A DNA stretch of 64,000 bases from Candidatus Saccharimonadales bacterium. GTDB taxonomy: Bacteria > Patescibacteriota > Saccharimonadia > UBA4664 > SCTI01. The stretch covers positions 15,668 through 79,667 of the forward strand of contig DATIII010000004.1 in NCBI GenBank assembly GCA_035479795.1. The letters run 5' to 3'. The translations under genes and the position numbers were made by a program. Positions 63,866 through 64,000 of the stretch are shown here, piece by piece (position 1 is the first letter of the stretch; every line of letters starts with the position of its first letter). Below the pieces are notes generated by a model. That model saw only the letters and a program-made list of their open reading frames with translations, was not told the DNA's origin and did not search any database.

Positions 63866-64000
63866 ATGGAATTAGTGCTTGTGCTTGGAGTAGTGCTGCT
63901 CGTTGTCGTCGCCGGGTTTGGTGTCACGATCTATTTCTTGAATCGTCGATTGGCGGCTATGCAAGACAACACCGCTTTGGGGCTGATCAAACAGGACCTG
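63866..64000 (+). CDS. Probable RmuC-family protein N-terminus (truncated by window edge)
   Basis: MELVLVLGVVLLVVVAGFGVTIYFLNRRLAAMQDNTALGLIKQDL: TM then coiled coil; TACAAT 6 nt upstream; family call tentative. Confidence 0.45.
   Translation, partial: MELVLVLGVVLLVVVAGFGVTIYFLNRRLAAMQDNTALGLIKQDL

Overview
A 64-kb bacterial chromosomal segment whose gene content suggests a Patescibacteria/CPR organism, probably Saccharibacteria-like (inference, not a database result). Supporting genes include a CPR-type GT2, a wHTH-nucleotidyltransferase, a membrane-anchored Clp ATPase, a UvrD-nuclease fusion and a PilB-type ATPase. The backbone carries thrS, argS, infC-rpmI-rplT, rplY, rpmB, miaA, smpB, nrdR, murT-gatD, comM and envelope glycosyltransferases, plus 7 tRNAs, RNase P RNA, tmRNA and a compact 6S RNA. 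Many backbone genes look leaderless. Between them sit GC-rich, Shine-Dalgarno-led orphan cassettes, several of which are degenerate enzyme folds. Most notable unexplained signals: (1) a ~485-nt, densely base-paired transcription unit at 41926-42412 with its own sigma70 promoter and terminator and no ORF of 60 aa or more; (2) intergenic 7-bp tandem arrays whose last unit supplies the -10 box of the adjacent gene; (3) a tandem dCTP-deaminase pair with reciprocal loss of catalytic residues, plus a kinase, next to a tRNA-Pro 3'-end duplication; (4) a compact T-box before thrS; (5) an identical direct-repeat operator in the promoters of a four-helix-bundle/DinB operon and comM; (6) two copies of a TTAA-bounded structured mini-element; (7) a frameshifted plsC with the lesion in a quasi-palindrome. 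No CRISPR array, rRNA, transposase, integrase or reverse transcriptase was seen.
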